From: an uncultured virus (IMG/VR IMGVR_UViG_3300047322_001016)
Lineage: Duplodnaviria; Heunggongvirae; Uroviricota; Caudoviricetes
IMG/VR virus record: IMGVR_UViG_3300047322_001016
DNA: 64,000 bases
Strand: one strand, 5' to 3'
Below the pieces are notes generated by a model. That model saw only the letters and a program-made list of their open reading frames with translations. It ran no database searches and was not told the DNA's origin. Numbering within the stretch: the stretch's first letter is position 1; each line of letters starts with the position of its first letter. Both the position numbers and the translations under genes were made by a program. This document shows positions 9,558 to 19,212 of this stretch, one piece after another.

Positions 9558-10249
9558 CCGCTGTGCCTTAGCGGCTGCGTGAACTTCATGTTGTCGCCGA
9601 CGCCGACCGACAGCTCCCAGCGGTCTCCCTTGTGGGTCGGCATGACAGCCGCGTCGCTGAGCGTCGCCAAACGCGACGACGTGTCCAGGTAGGTTTGGAA
9701 GCTAAGGCCGCGGGCCCGTTCGCAGAAGTACTGGTCTTCCGACACGTTCTCGGTCAGGCTTTGCGTGCGCCGGAACCACGGCGACCCCATCGCTTCGAAC
9801 ACGGCACGGCGCACCAGCATCCCCGTCACGGTCGCGCCGCGAACCTCGACCATCGAAGCGGGCCCGATCACGTCGTTCAACGGAAGCGACACAGGGCCTT
9901 TCGAACCGATGTCCGTCCAGGCCATCGCCGAGTACGGCGCCGTGTTTTCGACGACGACCGGGGCGACGATCGGCTGCTCCCGCGACAGGAGCTTCTCGAG
10001 CAGATCCGGTTCGAACGCATGGTCTTCGCTGATGAACCAGATCCAGTAGGAGTGGCTGGCGAGCGCATCCTCGACGGAGCTGTTGAGGGCCGCGTCTCTT
10101 TCGCCGTACCAGAACGTCTTCACCGTCCCGTCGGGAACCTTGAGGTCGTTCAGGTTTTTGAACAGAGACGAATGCCGTCCTGCTTCCGACGAAAACAAAA
10201 CCGCCACCGTTCCTGCGGGGGCCGGGGCTCCCTGTCGATCCGTGCTCAT
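9554..10249 (-). CDS. GT2-like glycosyltransferase, paralog 2 (degenerate DXD)
   Basis: Aligns with the other paralogs (GMLVRRAVFE, WF, SEDQYFC) but has FISEDH instead of FxDDDH and lacks the GH motif. Confidence 0.7.
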   Translation of the reverse strand: MSTDRQGAPAPAGTVAVLFSSEAGRHSSLFKNLNDLKVPDGTVKTFWYGERDAALNSSVEDALASHSYWIWFISEDHAFEPDLLEKLLSREQPIVAPVVVENTAPYSAMAWTDIGSKGPVSLPLNDVIGPASMVEVRGATVTGMLVRRAVFEAMGSPWFRRTQSLTENVSEDQYFCERARGLSFQTYLDTSSRLATLSDAAVMPTHKGDRWELSVGVGDNMKFTQPLRHSG

Positions 10250-10590
10250 GCTTCTCCCTTCATTGGGTTCTGGAGTCTACGTGGTTTCTCGACCCGCTCC
10301 TGAGAGTCGAGTTTGGCGAGCAACCCTTGGCTGAGGAAAGGGCGGAGAAGGTCGGCGACGGCGGTTGCTTTCCAGCCGCGCGCCACCCACACCCAGTACG
10401 GCGACCCGCCAAGCTGCCCCTTGTAGGGGCCGTAGCTGCCGTAGACTTTGCCGAGTCGGACGGCCTCGCCGAAACGCCTTACGCTGCCTTCCTCCGATGT
10501 TTTCACCTGCAGTAGCGGCGCCCGACCGGGCCTGCTTACAGACCCTTTCGCTTCGAAAAAGCCCGCCGCCCATGCCAATTCTTCTTCCAC
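10246..10590 (-). CDS. Single-motif LAGLIDADG-like endonuclease / DNA-binding protein
   Basis: LAWAAGFFEAKGSV motif, G.V.G and YWVW strands, LLRPFLS helix; the catalytic acidic residue appears replaced by K. Confidence 0.6.
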   Translation of the reverse strand: MEEELAWAAGFFEAKGSVSRPGRAPLLQVKTSEEGSVRRFGEAVRLGKVYGSYGPYKGQLGGSPYWVWVARGWKATAVADLLRPFLSQGLLAKLDSQERVEKPRRLQNPMKGEA

Positions 10591-10625
10591 AGTAGAAGAT
10601 TACACCCTGGAACGTATAGGATCAC

Positions 10626-11147
10626 GTGGAAACGATGGCTGACCCTTTCCATGATTTCTCGGCGACGTCGTTCGGTGGCGTACCGGCGGCACAGTACTTC
10701 AGCGATTTTCTGTTGTGGGAGATCGTGTTGAACTCGAACCCGCAGCTGCTCGGGATCGTCGAGCTCGGCACGTTTCGCGGCGGCATGTCCCGGTTCCTGT
10801 ACGCGCAGGCCGAAGCCCGCGGTCTCGCGTTTCTGACATTCGACGTGATCGAGCCGGACGAGCCAGCCCCGAACTTCGAGAAAATCGACATTTACCGCTT
10901 CTCGGGCGAGCTGGCGCAGCGCTTCAAGAAGATGGGAGCGATCGCGTTGTTTTGCGACGGCGGCAACAAGGCGCGGGAGCTGCGCACGTTCCCGCCCGAG
11001 TTGGAGCCAGGGTCGATCGCGCTCGTCCACGACTGGGGCACCGAGATGCTGCCCGAATACGTGCCGGACTTTCTCGAGGAACTCTACGGCGACTATTGCG
11101 ACGAGATCGGGTCGGTGACGAGAGTGTTCAGGATGAAGGAGGAATGA
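10626..11147 (+). CDS. Class I SAM-dependent methyltransferase (CmcI/Methyltransf_24-like)
   Basis: IVELGTFRGG motif I, FCDGG, PGSIALVHDW. Confidence 0.7.
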   Translation: METMADPFHDFSATSFGGVPAAQYFSDFLLWEIVLNSNPQLLGIVELGTFRGGMSRFLYAQAEARGLAFLTFDVIEPDEPAPNFEKIDIYRFSGELAQRFKKMGAIALFCDGGNKARELRTFPPELEPGSIALVHDWGTEMLPEYVPDFLEELYGDYCDEIGSVTRVFRMKEE

Positions 11148-11428
11148 TGGAGCTACGCACACCAGACCAAGCCGAGAATTCCATGAAGGTCGAGATCCAC
11201 ACTCTGAAGTGGAACGGCAGCGCCGCCGTCACGGACGCAGAGGCCGAGAACGGAGTCGACGCGAACGTGACTCTATACTCGCGTGTCTTCGTGGGAGGGA
11301 TAGAGCTTCCAGGCGTCACGAGGGCACGCGTCCTGTTCGACAACGGTGGGTTCACTGAGGCCATGATCCGTCTCATCGGCCCCATCGAGGTCGTGAACCA
11401 CACCAAGGAATCGTGGGACGCTCTATGA
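11144..11428 (+). CDS. Hypothetical protein
   Basis: GGAGG RBS; overlapping start and stop with neighbours. Confidence 0.45.
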   Translation: MMELRTPDQAENSMKVEIHTLKWNGSAAVTDAEAENGVDANVTLYSRVFVGGIELPGVTRARVLFDNGGFTEAMIRLIGPIEVVNHTKESWDAL

Positions 11429-11994
11429 ACAAGATTCCGACAGTGTTCGAGCGTGACTGGGACGGCGACCGTTCCCGGGTGGTCAGCCAGGTTCACCCTG
11501 GTTGCGAGTGGGTGTTGGCCGGCGAGGGAGTCGCGACCCGGAAGTACGACGGCACGTGCGTGATGTTCGACGGCACGGACTGGTGGGCGCGGCGCGAGGT
11601 CAAGGAAGGCAAGACGCCGCCCGCTGGTTGGTATGCCGTCAGCCACGACGATGTGACCGGGAAGAACGTCGGTTGGGAGCCGATCGAGGGTTCTCCGTTC
11701 GCCAAGTTCCACGCCGAGGCTGTTGCCGCCGTCCGAGACCAGGACTCTGGCATCCCGTTCCCGGCTGGAACCTACGAGCTGATCGGACCGAAGGTGCAGG
11801 GAAACCCGGAGAAGTCCGAGGCCCACGCGCTCGTTCTTCACACCAACGCCGAGCCATTCATCGTGCCTCGCACGTTCGACGGGATGCGTGAACTGCTCGG
11901 CGAGCTTGACGACATTGAGGGCTTCGTATTTCATCACGAAGACGGGCGGATGGCGAAGATTAAGAAGCGCGACTTCGGGCTCAGGCGTGGCTAG
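11425..11994 (+). CDS. RNA ligase-like nucleotidyltransferase
   Basis: ATRKYDGTC (KxDG motif I), YELIGPK, EGFVF (motif IV), MAKIK (motif V). Confidence 0.75.
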   Translation: MNKIPTVFERDWDGDRSRVVSQVHPGCEWVLAGEGVATRKYDGTCVMFDGTDWWARREVKEGKTPPAGWYAVSHDDVTGKNVGWEPIEGSPFAKFHAEAVAAVRDQDSGIPFPAGTYELIGPKVQGNPEKSEAHALVLHTNAEPFIVPRTFDGMRELLGELDDIEGFVFHHEDGRMAKIKKRDFGLRRG

Positions 11995-12478
11995 GTACGC
12001 GGCCAACACCAGCGTCTCCGTCGAGAAGTCCCGTGCTGAGATCGAAGCGACACTCGTCCGTTACGGCGCTTCGTCTTTCATGTACGGCTGGAACCTCACA
12101 GACGCGATGATCGCGTTCGTCGTCACCGTCGGTGAAGGACAGCAGCGCCAGGTGCGCTTTCGGCTTCCGTTGCCTTCGCGAGACGACCGACAGTTCACCC
12201 ACCACTCGTACGGGGAGCGCACACAGTCTGCCGCCGAGAATCTGTGGGAGCAGGCTTGCCGCCAACGCTGGCGCGCGCTGGCGCTTGTCGTGAAGGCGAA
12301 GCTCGAGGCCGTCGAGACCGGTATAGCCACGTTCGAGGACGAGTTTCTTGCTTACGTCATGCTGCCGGAAGGCCAGACAGTGGGCGAGTGGATTAAGCCT
12401 CAGTTGCAGGATGCCTACGACCCTGACAAGGGGATCATGCCGCGGAGCCTGATGCTTCAGCTCGGCAGTGGAGAATGA
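11987..12478 (+). CDS. Conserved phage hypothetical protein
   Basis: YAANTSVSVEKSRAEIE...RQRWRALALVVKAKLEAVETGIATFEDEFL, a recognisable widespread phage family of unknown function. Confidence 0.65.
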   Translation: MARYAANTSVSVEKSRAEIEATLVRYGASSFMYGWNLTDAMIAFVVTVGEGQQRQVRFRLPLPSRDDRQFTHHSYGERTQSAAENLWEQACRQRWRALALVVKAKLEAVETGIATFEDEFLAYVMLPEGQTVGEWIKPQLQDAYDPDKGIMPRSLMLQLGSGE

Positions 12479-12924
12479 CGAAAGGAGAAGAGTGATGGCA
12501 CCACAGTGGTTCCATTGCAGCATTTGCGGGTTGCAGCGGCTCGGAGTCGGGCCCGTTCACGGAGACAACCCGTGCCCGATGAAAGTGGAAGAGCACGCCG
12601 CGACGATGGCGCTGCTCGAGCTGCGGAAAGCAGCCGAAGCCGGCGGGAGCTTCGCCATCAGCGACATGAACGCCATGGTCAAAAAAATGGCTGAACGCAT
12701 GCTCGGGGCAGACGATGACGATTGACCTCGACCGTTTGCGCGAGCTCGCGAAGGAGCCGGAACGGGACGCGATGCCGCGCACGTCGCAGTTCCCGTCGAT
12801 GACCGACCAGCTTCTGCGCCAGAAAGCCGAGATCGACGCGCTCCGTCGAGGCCTCGCGGACGCCATCGTGGAGATCGAGTCTTTATACGCACAGGTCGCT
12901 GAAGCTTGGGGCGTGGACGTATGA
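12468..12924 (+). CDS. Two small coupled hypothetical proteins (12468..12725, 12715..12924)
   Basis: Overlapping ORFs filling the operon; the first has CSIC, the second a coiled coil. Confidence 0.45.
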
Positions 12925-14081
12925 AGATCCTCGTGGGCGTGATAGCGAACGACGCTGCCCGGTTCAGCGAGTTCTGGTCGTGTGTGCTGCGGCTGAAGGT
13001 GCCTGTCGGGTCGGTGAAGGAGAACGTGATCGGCGGCGACTGGTGCTCCGCCCGGAACGAGCTGGCGCAGCGGTGCGTCGACGAGAACTACGACTATTTG
13101 TGGTTCATGGACGACGACCACTCGTTCGCGCCGGATCTGCTTCAGAACCTTCTCGAGTCGGCCGTCGAGTACGACCTGCCGATCGTGAACCCGGTCTGCA
13201 CCACCAGGACGGCGCCGTTCCATCTGGTCACGTTCGCCGCCAACCCCGACCCGCAGTCGACGGACCGGTATTTGCCGATCTCGATGGAAGGCCTTCCCGG
13301 TGAAGGGATCGTCGAGTTGGAGGCTGGCGGCTGCGCCGGGATGCTGATCCGCCGCGACGTTCTTGTGGCGCTCGGAGGGAACTGGTTCGAGTACACCGAC
13401 AAGTCGGAAGACATTCTGTTTTGCGAGAAGGCGAAAGCAGCGGGGTTCAGGATCTACGCCGACCTTTACTGTCGACTTGGGCACATCACGACGGCTGTCG
13501 TGATGCCCGGCCAGACCGAGGACGGCGAGTGGGTGACGGGGCTGACGGTCGGCCGTGACCTTCAGCTTTCGATTCCGAGGGCCGAAGTGATGTTGAAAGA
13601 ACAGGAGCGGCTCGAGTTGGTCGAAGCGGTGGACGAGATCGCGGCCGACGAGTTCATACCGCCAGCGGTAGAAGTCGACCCTGTCGACGCGGCCGAAGCG
13701 TCACTGGTTGATGAGCACACTGAGCAGGAGTGGGAAGATCTTCAGACCGAGTCGGTGGCGCCGGTGGAGGTTCGTCCGGCGTTCATGACTCCCGGTATGA
13801 GAGGAACGCGTATGGAAACACCGATCCCCGATCAGGAGCTTTTCAACGGGGCCGAACGGATCGAGATCTGGGTCGATGAAGAGACCCGCTGGTGGTGGCG
13901 CGCGATCGACGAACACGGCCACATCCTGAAGAAGGATTCAGGGATCAACGAGGCAGGAGTTATCGGGGCGGCCCACTTTTTCTACCCCGGGGCTCCTGTG
14001 CACCAAGTCCAGCGTGAGGTCGACGACTCGCGGAACCTGCGTCAGTACGGGGTGCCGGGACGCATGTGGGACCGCGGATGA
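12921..14081 (+). CDS. GT2-like glycosyltransferase, paralog 3, with acidic linker and extra C-terminal domain
   Basis: WFMDDDH, GGCAGMLIRR, SEDILFC, RLGH; ~165 aa C-terminal extension. Confidence 0.8.
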   Translation: MKILVGVIANDAARFSEFWSCVLRLKVPVGSVKENVIGGDWCSARNELAQRCVDENYDYLWFMDDDHSFAPDLLQNLLESAVEYDLPIVNPVCTTRTAPFHLVTFAANPDPQSTDRYLPISMEGLPGEGIVELEAGGCAGMLIRRDVLVALGGNWFEYTDKSEDILFCEKAKAAGFRIYADLYCRLGHITTAVVMPGQTEDGEWVTGLTVGRDLQLSIPRAEVMLKEQERLELVEAVDEIAADEFIPPAVEVDPVDAAEASLVDEHTEQEWEDLQTESVAPVEVRPAFMTPGMRGTRMETPIPDQELFNGAERIEIWVDEETRWWWRAIDEHGHILKKDSGINEAGVIGAAHFFYPGAPVHQVQREVDDSRNLRQYGVPGRMWDRG

Positions 14082-14491
14082 GGGACCGCTATGAAGAACT
14101 TCCCGCCAAGGTGCGTGAGGATCTCGAGGTTCAGGCATTGGCTCGTTTCCTCGGCGCCGGGCACTCCTTCGCAGACGAGTGTCCACGAGAGGATCGCAGG
14201 AGCCACATCGCCTGGAATGCCAAGGCGGCGTGGGAGGAAGAGCATCGAACGTGGCTCGAGCGCTGGAGCCACGGCTGGTACGGGATGACCTGGCGCAACC
14301 ATCTTTCGATGTTCAGAAACAACTACATCGGGCATCGCAACATGCAAACGTATGTGGACGGCCCGAGGTTCTACATTCCGCCGCGCCGAGGGCCGTGGCT
14401 TGCTTTCCTTCGTTGGCTCCAGGTTGTTCCACCACGGCCGATGACGGTCGGCGACGCCGCGAAAATACTCAACGAAGAACCGTTCGCGTGA
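14078..14491 (+). CDS. Hypothetical Trp-rich protein
   Basis: Coupled ATGA/GTGA overlaps on both sides. Confidence 0.5.
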   Translation: MRDRYEELPAKVREDLEVQALARFLGAGHSFADECPREDRRSHIAWNAKAAWEEEHRTWLERWSHGWYGMTWRNHLSMFRNNYIGHRNMQTYVDGPRFYIPPRRGPWLAFLRWLQVVPPRPMTVGDAAKILNEEPFA

Positions 14492-15144
14492 GCGGCGTTA
14501 TCGGCGTGAGCGCGTCTGTGCTTGGCCGCTTCTCGGCGTTCACCGAGTGCCTCGCGAACCTCGAGAAGCCGCCAGGAACACAGGTGATCTTCAAGACGGG
14601 GATCGACATTTCGATCAACCGTCGCGACATTGTCCGTGAAGCGCTGAAGCAGAACGCGGAGTGGGTGTGGTTCGTCGACGACGACATGGTGTTCCGCTCC
14701 GGCCATCTTCACCGACTGCTATCGCACGACAAGCCGATTGTGGCGAGCCTGTACCTGAACCGGAAGCCGCCGCTCTATCCGGTTGCGTTCAACGAAAGAC
14801 TGTTCGACAACGGCGTCGTGACGTGGAAGCCCGTCGTTCTCGGAGACGCCCCGGCCGACGCGCTCGCTGACATCGTCGCGGCCGGCACCGGCGGCCTGCT
14901 GGTGAAGCGGGAAGTGTTCGAAGCGATCGAGTACGACACGTGGTTCGACCATGATGAGGGCACCGAAGATCTTCCATTCTGTTTTCGCGCGTATACAGCC
15001 GGGTTCAGCCTGTACCTGGATCTGGGGGCGCCGATGGGCCACATCTCGACGTACACGGTGTGGCCTGGTCGCGAAGAAGGGCAATGGAATGCCGAGTTCG
15101 TTGTCGACGATAAACATTGCATTGTCGTGGAGCTTGGCGAATGA
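14488..15144 (+). CDS. GT2-like glycosyltransferase, paralog 4
   Basis: GTG start at 14488; WFVDDDM, AAGTGGLLV, EDLPFC, MGH. Confidence 0.8.
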   Translation: MSGVIGVSASVLGRFSAFTECLANLEKPPGTQVIFKTGIDISINRRDIVREALKQNAEWVWFVDDDMVFRSGHLHRLLSHDKPIVASLYLNRKPPLYPVAFNERLFDNGVVTWKPVVLGDAPADALADIVAAGTGGLLVKREVFEAIEYDTWFDHDEGTEDLPFCFRAYTAGFSLYLDLGAPMGHISTYTVWPGREEGQWNAEFVVDDKHCIVVELGE

Positions 15145-15304
15145 TGGAAAGGGAATGGATGCGGGCCGGTTACATGCTGCACGCGCTCAGGTTCCGACAC
15201 TGGCCGATCTGGGTTGGCAACGCCGCCGAACGGGTGCACCGTTGCAAAATCTGCGGGCGTGAAGTCCTGCTCGACAAGGAATCGTTCGAAAGAAGGAATC
15301 GTTC

Positions 15305-15949
15305 GTGGCAGGCCTGATCGGGATCATCGGCGACCACGCCGCGCGGTACACGTGGTTCAGCCAGTGTCTGGCCGCACTCGAGAAGCCCGAAGGGACGGTG
15401 GTTGAGTGGCGTGTTGGCGCGAACCGCGGCGCGATGCGCGACGAACTCGCCCACGCCTGTCTCGATCAGGGCCACGACTGGATCTTCTTCATCGACGACG
15501 ACCAGGCGTTCCACCGTGGTGTTCTGAACCGGCTGCTCGCCCACGAGCAGCCTGTCGTGTCGGGCCTGATCGTTGGCCGCAAAGCGCCGTTCCTTCCCAC
15601 CGCTTACGCGGACAAGGTCGAGGGCCGCTACCGGCCGCTTGACCTCCGGTCGGTCGGAGCCAACAACCTTGTCGTGGTCGCGGCCGCCGGGACGGGCGGG
15701 CTGCTTGTCCGGTCGGAAGCGCTGCTGAAGCTCAAACACGGGGAGCCCTGGTTCGTTTACAGCGAAGCGCTCGGCGAGGATCTGTTCTTCTGCGAGCGCC
15801 TGACGGAAGCGGGCGTCAGGATCCTTGTCGACACGGGATGCCGGATCGGGCACATCGCTCCGGCGGCTGTGTTCCCGACGTTCGATGATGAGTGGGGCGT
15901 CCAGTTCCAGTTCGCCGACGGCACAACAACCGACATGTGGAGGGCATAG
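15305..15949 (+). CDS. GT2-like glycosyltransferase, paralog 5
   Basis: FFIDDDQ, AAGTGGLLV, EDLFFC, IGH. Confidence 0.8.
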   Translation: MAGLIGIIGDHAARYTWFSQCLAALEKPEGTVVEWRVGANRGAMRDELAHACLDQGHDWIFFIDDDQAFHRGVLNRLLAHEQPVVSGLIVGRKAPFLPTAYADKVEGRYRPLDLRSVGANNLVVVAAAGTGGLLVRSEALLKLKHGEPWFVYSEALGEDLFFCERLTEAGVRILVDTGCRIGHIAPAAVFPTFDDEWGVQFQFADGTTTDMWRA

Positions 15950-16144
15950 ATGGAGTTCAAGGAAGAGGTCAGCCAGGAAGAGATGAACGCACGGTTCCCT
16001 GATCTCATGGCGGGACTTTCTTCGGACGACGCGGACTACTGCGGCTCCGGAGGATGCGATGGCATCCGGGCGATGGTGACAGGCGACGACGGAATACGTC
16101 GCTGTGCCGCCTGTGGGACTCCCCACCCGAAGTGGAATCCGTAG
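15950..16144 (+). CDS. Small Zn-ribbon-like protein
   Basis: CGSGGC and CAAC pairs. Confidence 0.45.
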   Translation: MEFKEEVSQEEMNARFPDLMAGLSSDDADYCGSGGCDGIRAMVTGDDGIRRCAACGTPHPKWNP

Positions 16145-16843
16145 ATGGCCGGAAGCATTGGTGTCACGGCGGATTCGACGGGCCGCTACACGGAGTTCAC
16201 GCGTTCGCTCGCGAACCTGTCGCGGCCCGTTAACACTCCGATCCATTTCGCGATCGGCTCGGACAGGTCGCGCGGCCGCAACCAGCTCGTCGAGACGGCG
16301 CTCGAGATCGGCTCCGAGTGGATCCTGTTTCTCGACGACGACCATTCGTTTCCGTACACGCTGTTGCAGCAGCTTCTCTCCCACGAGCAGCCGGTCGTCG
16401 CCAGCCTGTACTTGCAGCGCGGCGACCCGTTCCTGCCGATCGCGTACACGCACCGGGAAGGAGACTCGTACTGGCCTTTGGATCTTTCGCTGTGCCACGG
16501 CCACGGGCTCGTCCCGGTTGTGGGCGCCGGCGCGGGCGGGATGCTGGTCAGGTCGGAAGTGTTCTACGACATGGAGCCGCCGTGGTTCAGGTACACGACG
16601 GAACAGTCCGAGGACCTCCATTTCTGCGACCGCTGCATCGAAGCGGGGTTCCCGATCTTCGTCGACCTCGACGCCAGACTCGGCCACATCGCTGCTGTGA
16701 ACGTGTACCCGGACTTCCAGGAGGAAGGGGAAGTGTGGACGGCGGGGGTGGCGATCAGCAGTTCGGCGCGGGCCCTGTTCCCGATACAGATGCCTTTGCC
16801 TGACCCTGCTCCGGAATTCCGGAACGAAGAAACGGAGGTATGA
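16145..16843 (+). CDS. GT2-like glycosyltransferase, paralog 6
   Basis: LFLDDDH, GAGAGGMLV, SEDLHFC, RLGH. Confidence 0.8.
   Translation: MAGSIGVTADSTGRYTEFTRSLANLSRPVNTPIHFAIGSDRSRGRNQLVETALEIGSEWILFLDDDHSFPYTLLQQLLSHEQPVVASLYLQRGDPFLPIAYTHREGDSYWPLDLSLCHGHGLVPVVGAGAGGMLVRSEVFYDMEPPWFRYTTEQSEDLHFCDRCIEAGFPIFVDLDARLGHIAAVNVYPDFQEEGEVWTAGVAISSSARALFPIQMPLPDPAPEFRNEETEV
16810..16823. repeat. Palindrome TCCGGAATTCCGGA (copy 2)
   Basis: Read directly; in the 3' tail of the GT gene. Confidence 0.9.
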
Positions 16844-17018
16844 GCGTGTCTGTTTGGCGAATGACCGTCATCATCGAGATGGAAGCTGAGAACATCGACC
16901 AGGCCGAGTCGATAGGACAAGTGGTGTGGGAGAGATGCGCCCCTGTCGTCAAGGATGTCCCTGGGGCCAAGTGGATGCTTCCTGTGGGCGACTTTAAAGA
17001 GCGCGAAAGCTTCGCCGC

Positions 17019-17672
17019 ATGACGCCGCAGAGACGCGAATCCGCGGGATCGGTTGGCGTGGTCTCCAACGACACTGGCCGCTTCACGGTGTTCACCGCGT
17101 CGATGGTGGGGCTCGAGATGCCGCCCGGGTCGGGTGTGATCTGGGCGTCCGGCTCCGACATCGTGCTTGGCCGCAACAGCTGTGTCGAGAGGATGCGCGG
17201 AGAGTGGCTGTGGTTCATGGACGACGACCATGCTTTCGAACCCGGCCTGCTGATGCAGCTGCTGTCCCACAACGTCGATGTGGTGGTGCCTGTCTGTCTG
17301 ATGCGGCAGAAGCCTTTTTTCCCGGTCGAGCTGACCGCGGAAGGCCAGGCGCTCGATTTGACGACCGCGCCGCGGACCGGCCTGGTCGAACTGTATGCCG
17401 CAGGGACAGCGGGGATGTTGATCCGCCGCCGTGTGTTCGAGCGGCTCGAGCCGCCGTACTTCGCCCACGGCGACACGTCGGAGGACTTCATTTTCTGCGC
17501 CAGGCTGCGCGAGCTTGGGATCCCTATTCACTGTGATCTCGGGGCGCGGCTTGGGCATGTGACGACAACCGTGATCTGGCCGGACGTGACGGCGGGGCCG
17601 GATCCGTCGTGGTGTGTGGGGTTCCAGGTGTCGGATTCGTACATGATCCAGGTGGGGATCGAGAAGGAGTGA
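17019..17672 (+). CDS. GT2-like glycosyltransferase, paralog 7
   Basis: WFMDDDH, AAGTAGMLIRR, SEDFIFC, RLGH. Confidence 0.8.
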   Translation: MTPQRRESAGSVGVVSNDTGRFTVFTASMVGLEMPPGSGVIWASGSDIVLGRNSCVERMRGEWLWFMDDDHAFEPGLLMQLLSHNVDVVVPVCLMRQKPFFPVELTAEGQALDLTTAPRTGLVELYAAGTAGMLIRRRVFERLEPPYFAHGDTSEDFIFCARLRELGIPIHCDLGARLGHVTTTVIWPDVTAGPDPSWCVGFQVSDSYMIQVGIEKE

Positions 17673-17673
17673 A

Positions 17674-17700
17674 GTCCGCTTAGGCTCGTAGACTCCGGGC
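17674..17700 (+). promoter_or_regulatory. Leaderless promoter GTCCGCT-N8-TAGACT-N6-ATG
   Basis: TANNNT box 6 nt before the ATG with no SD; shared upstream motif. Confidence 0.6.
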
Positions 17701-18558
17701 ATGGCCTCGGTCGCTGTTCTCGGAACATCCGTCTTCAACACCACCGCCGGTGACAAGACGATCACGGCCACGCCGACCCTCGGCACTCTGATCTTGATCA
17801 TCGCCTGTGCCACCGGCGTCACGGGCGGTGCGCAGGGAGCCGTCTCCGTAAGTGACAACCAGACCGGAGTCAACGCCGCAACGTATGTGAAGGCGGGGAG
17901 CACTCAGGGAGGGTTTTCGACTACGGGCGGGCTCGACATCTGGGTCCGCAACAAGCTGATCACGTCGAACGCGTCGACGGTCTTCACCGCCGTCCAGACA
18001 AGTTCGACGGGCGGCGGCCTTGTGATCTACGCAATCACGGGAATGTCGATCGTCGGCCTGGGGGCCGTGCGCCAGGCCGGCGGCACGACAGCAGGGACAC
18101 TAGGAACGACGCCATCGGGCGCCCTCATCCCCAGACTCGGCTCGATCTTCACAGGAAGCAGCCTCGCGGCCCTGACGGGGAACGTCGTGATCGGGGCGGT
18201 CGCCAACGGGACAAGCCCGGCAACGGTGACTCCGCCGACGTCGTGGACGGAAGCGCCCACGCCGGACTTGGGCTACACCGTCCCCACCACGGGACTGGAG
18301 ACGGCGTTTATCAACTCCGGTTTTACCGGCTCGACTCCGACATGGGGTAGCACGTCTGCTACGGCCTGGGCCTCTTGCGTCGTCGAGATGGACGCGTCCG
18401 TGCCGCAGTACGACTGGGTGACCCGCAACCAGGCAGACTCGGACAGGATCATCTCGAAGGAAGCCGTGATCGGCCGTGCGAACACCTGGATGAAGGGCGC
18501 CAGGCGCGAGTGGCGGCGGGCCAAGTCAGGGATCCTCGTGCCGGAGCTGGCGTTCTGA
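17701..18558 (+). CDS. Thr/Gly-rich beta-sandwich virion decoration protein
   Basis: 285 aa, Thr/Gly/Ser-rich, basic C-terminal tail; first gene of the module array. Confidence 0.55.
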   Translation: MASVAVLGTSVFNTTAGDKTITATPTLGTLILIIACATGVTGGAQGAVSVSDNQTGVNAATYVKAGSTQGGFSTTGGLDIWVRNKLITSNASTVFTAVQTSSTGGGLVIYAITGMSIVGLGAVRQAGGTTAGTLGTTPSGALIPRLGSIFTGSSLAALTGNVVIGAVANGTSPATVTPPTSWTEAPTPDLGYTVPTTGLETAFINSGFTGSTPTWGSTSATAWASCVVEMDASVPQYDWVTRNQADSDRIISKEAVIGRANTWMKGARREWRRAKSGILVPELAF

Positions 18559-19205
18559 TGACGTTCCCGAACACACCCGTGTTGGATACCTTCAACCGGG
18601 CCAACGGCGCGATCGGATCGAACTGGACGCAGCCGGTTAGAACAGGAGATGGCACCGCCACGATCAACACGAATGTAGCGATAGCAACATCGGGGAATTA
18701 CGGCTCGATCATGTGGAATCCGACGACGTTCGCAGCCAGGCAAGAAGCGTTCTTAACTATTCCTGCTGCGTGCACGGACTTCCAATTCGCTGGCGTATAT
18801 CTTCGTTTGAGCAGCCCGGGTGCTTCCTATAACACATACACAGTTAGCGCGGATTTGAGTTTTAATTACGTGACTCGTGGTATTAGCGGTACGCCAACGC
18901 TTCTTTCCACTGTGGCTTACACAGCACTTGTACCGGGAGATGTGTTCGGCGGATCGATTGACAACGTTGGGGCGGATATTGTCATCACTATCTACAAGAA
19001 CGGTGCGGTTCTTCGCACGTACACAGATACGGGCGCTATTGCGTCCTTCCCCGCTGTAGCTGGTACAGGAAGCATCGGCGCAACTTTCTTCGGTAGCGGC
19101 ACTACAACAAGATCGATCGATGACTTCGGCGGCGGCAACACTCCACCAGTAACGTATCCCACTGACGTTCCGATCCCGATGCTCGGCGGAGCAGCGACAT
19201 GGTGA
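18558..19205 (+). CDS. Lectin-like (ConA-type) module A
   Basis: N-term FPNTPVLDTFNR, C-term DDFGGG...TDVPIPMLGGAATW; lower-GC core. Confidence 0.6.
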   Translation: MTFPNTPVLDTFNRANGAIGSNWTQPVRTGDGTATINTNVAIATSGNYGSIMWNPTTFAARQEAFLTIPAACTDFQFAGVYLRLSSPGASYNTYTVSADLSFNYVTRGISGTPTLLSTVAYTALVPGDVFGGSIDNVGADIVITIYKNGAVLRTYTDTGAIASFPAVAGTGSIGATFFGSGTTTRSIDDFGGGNTPPVTYPTDVPIPMLGGAATW

Positions 19206-19212
19206 CCTGGGC

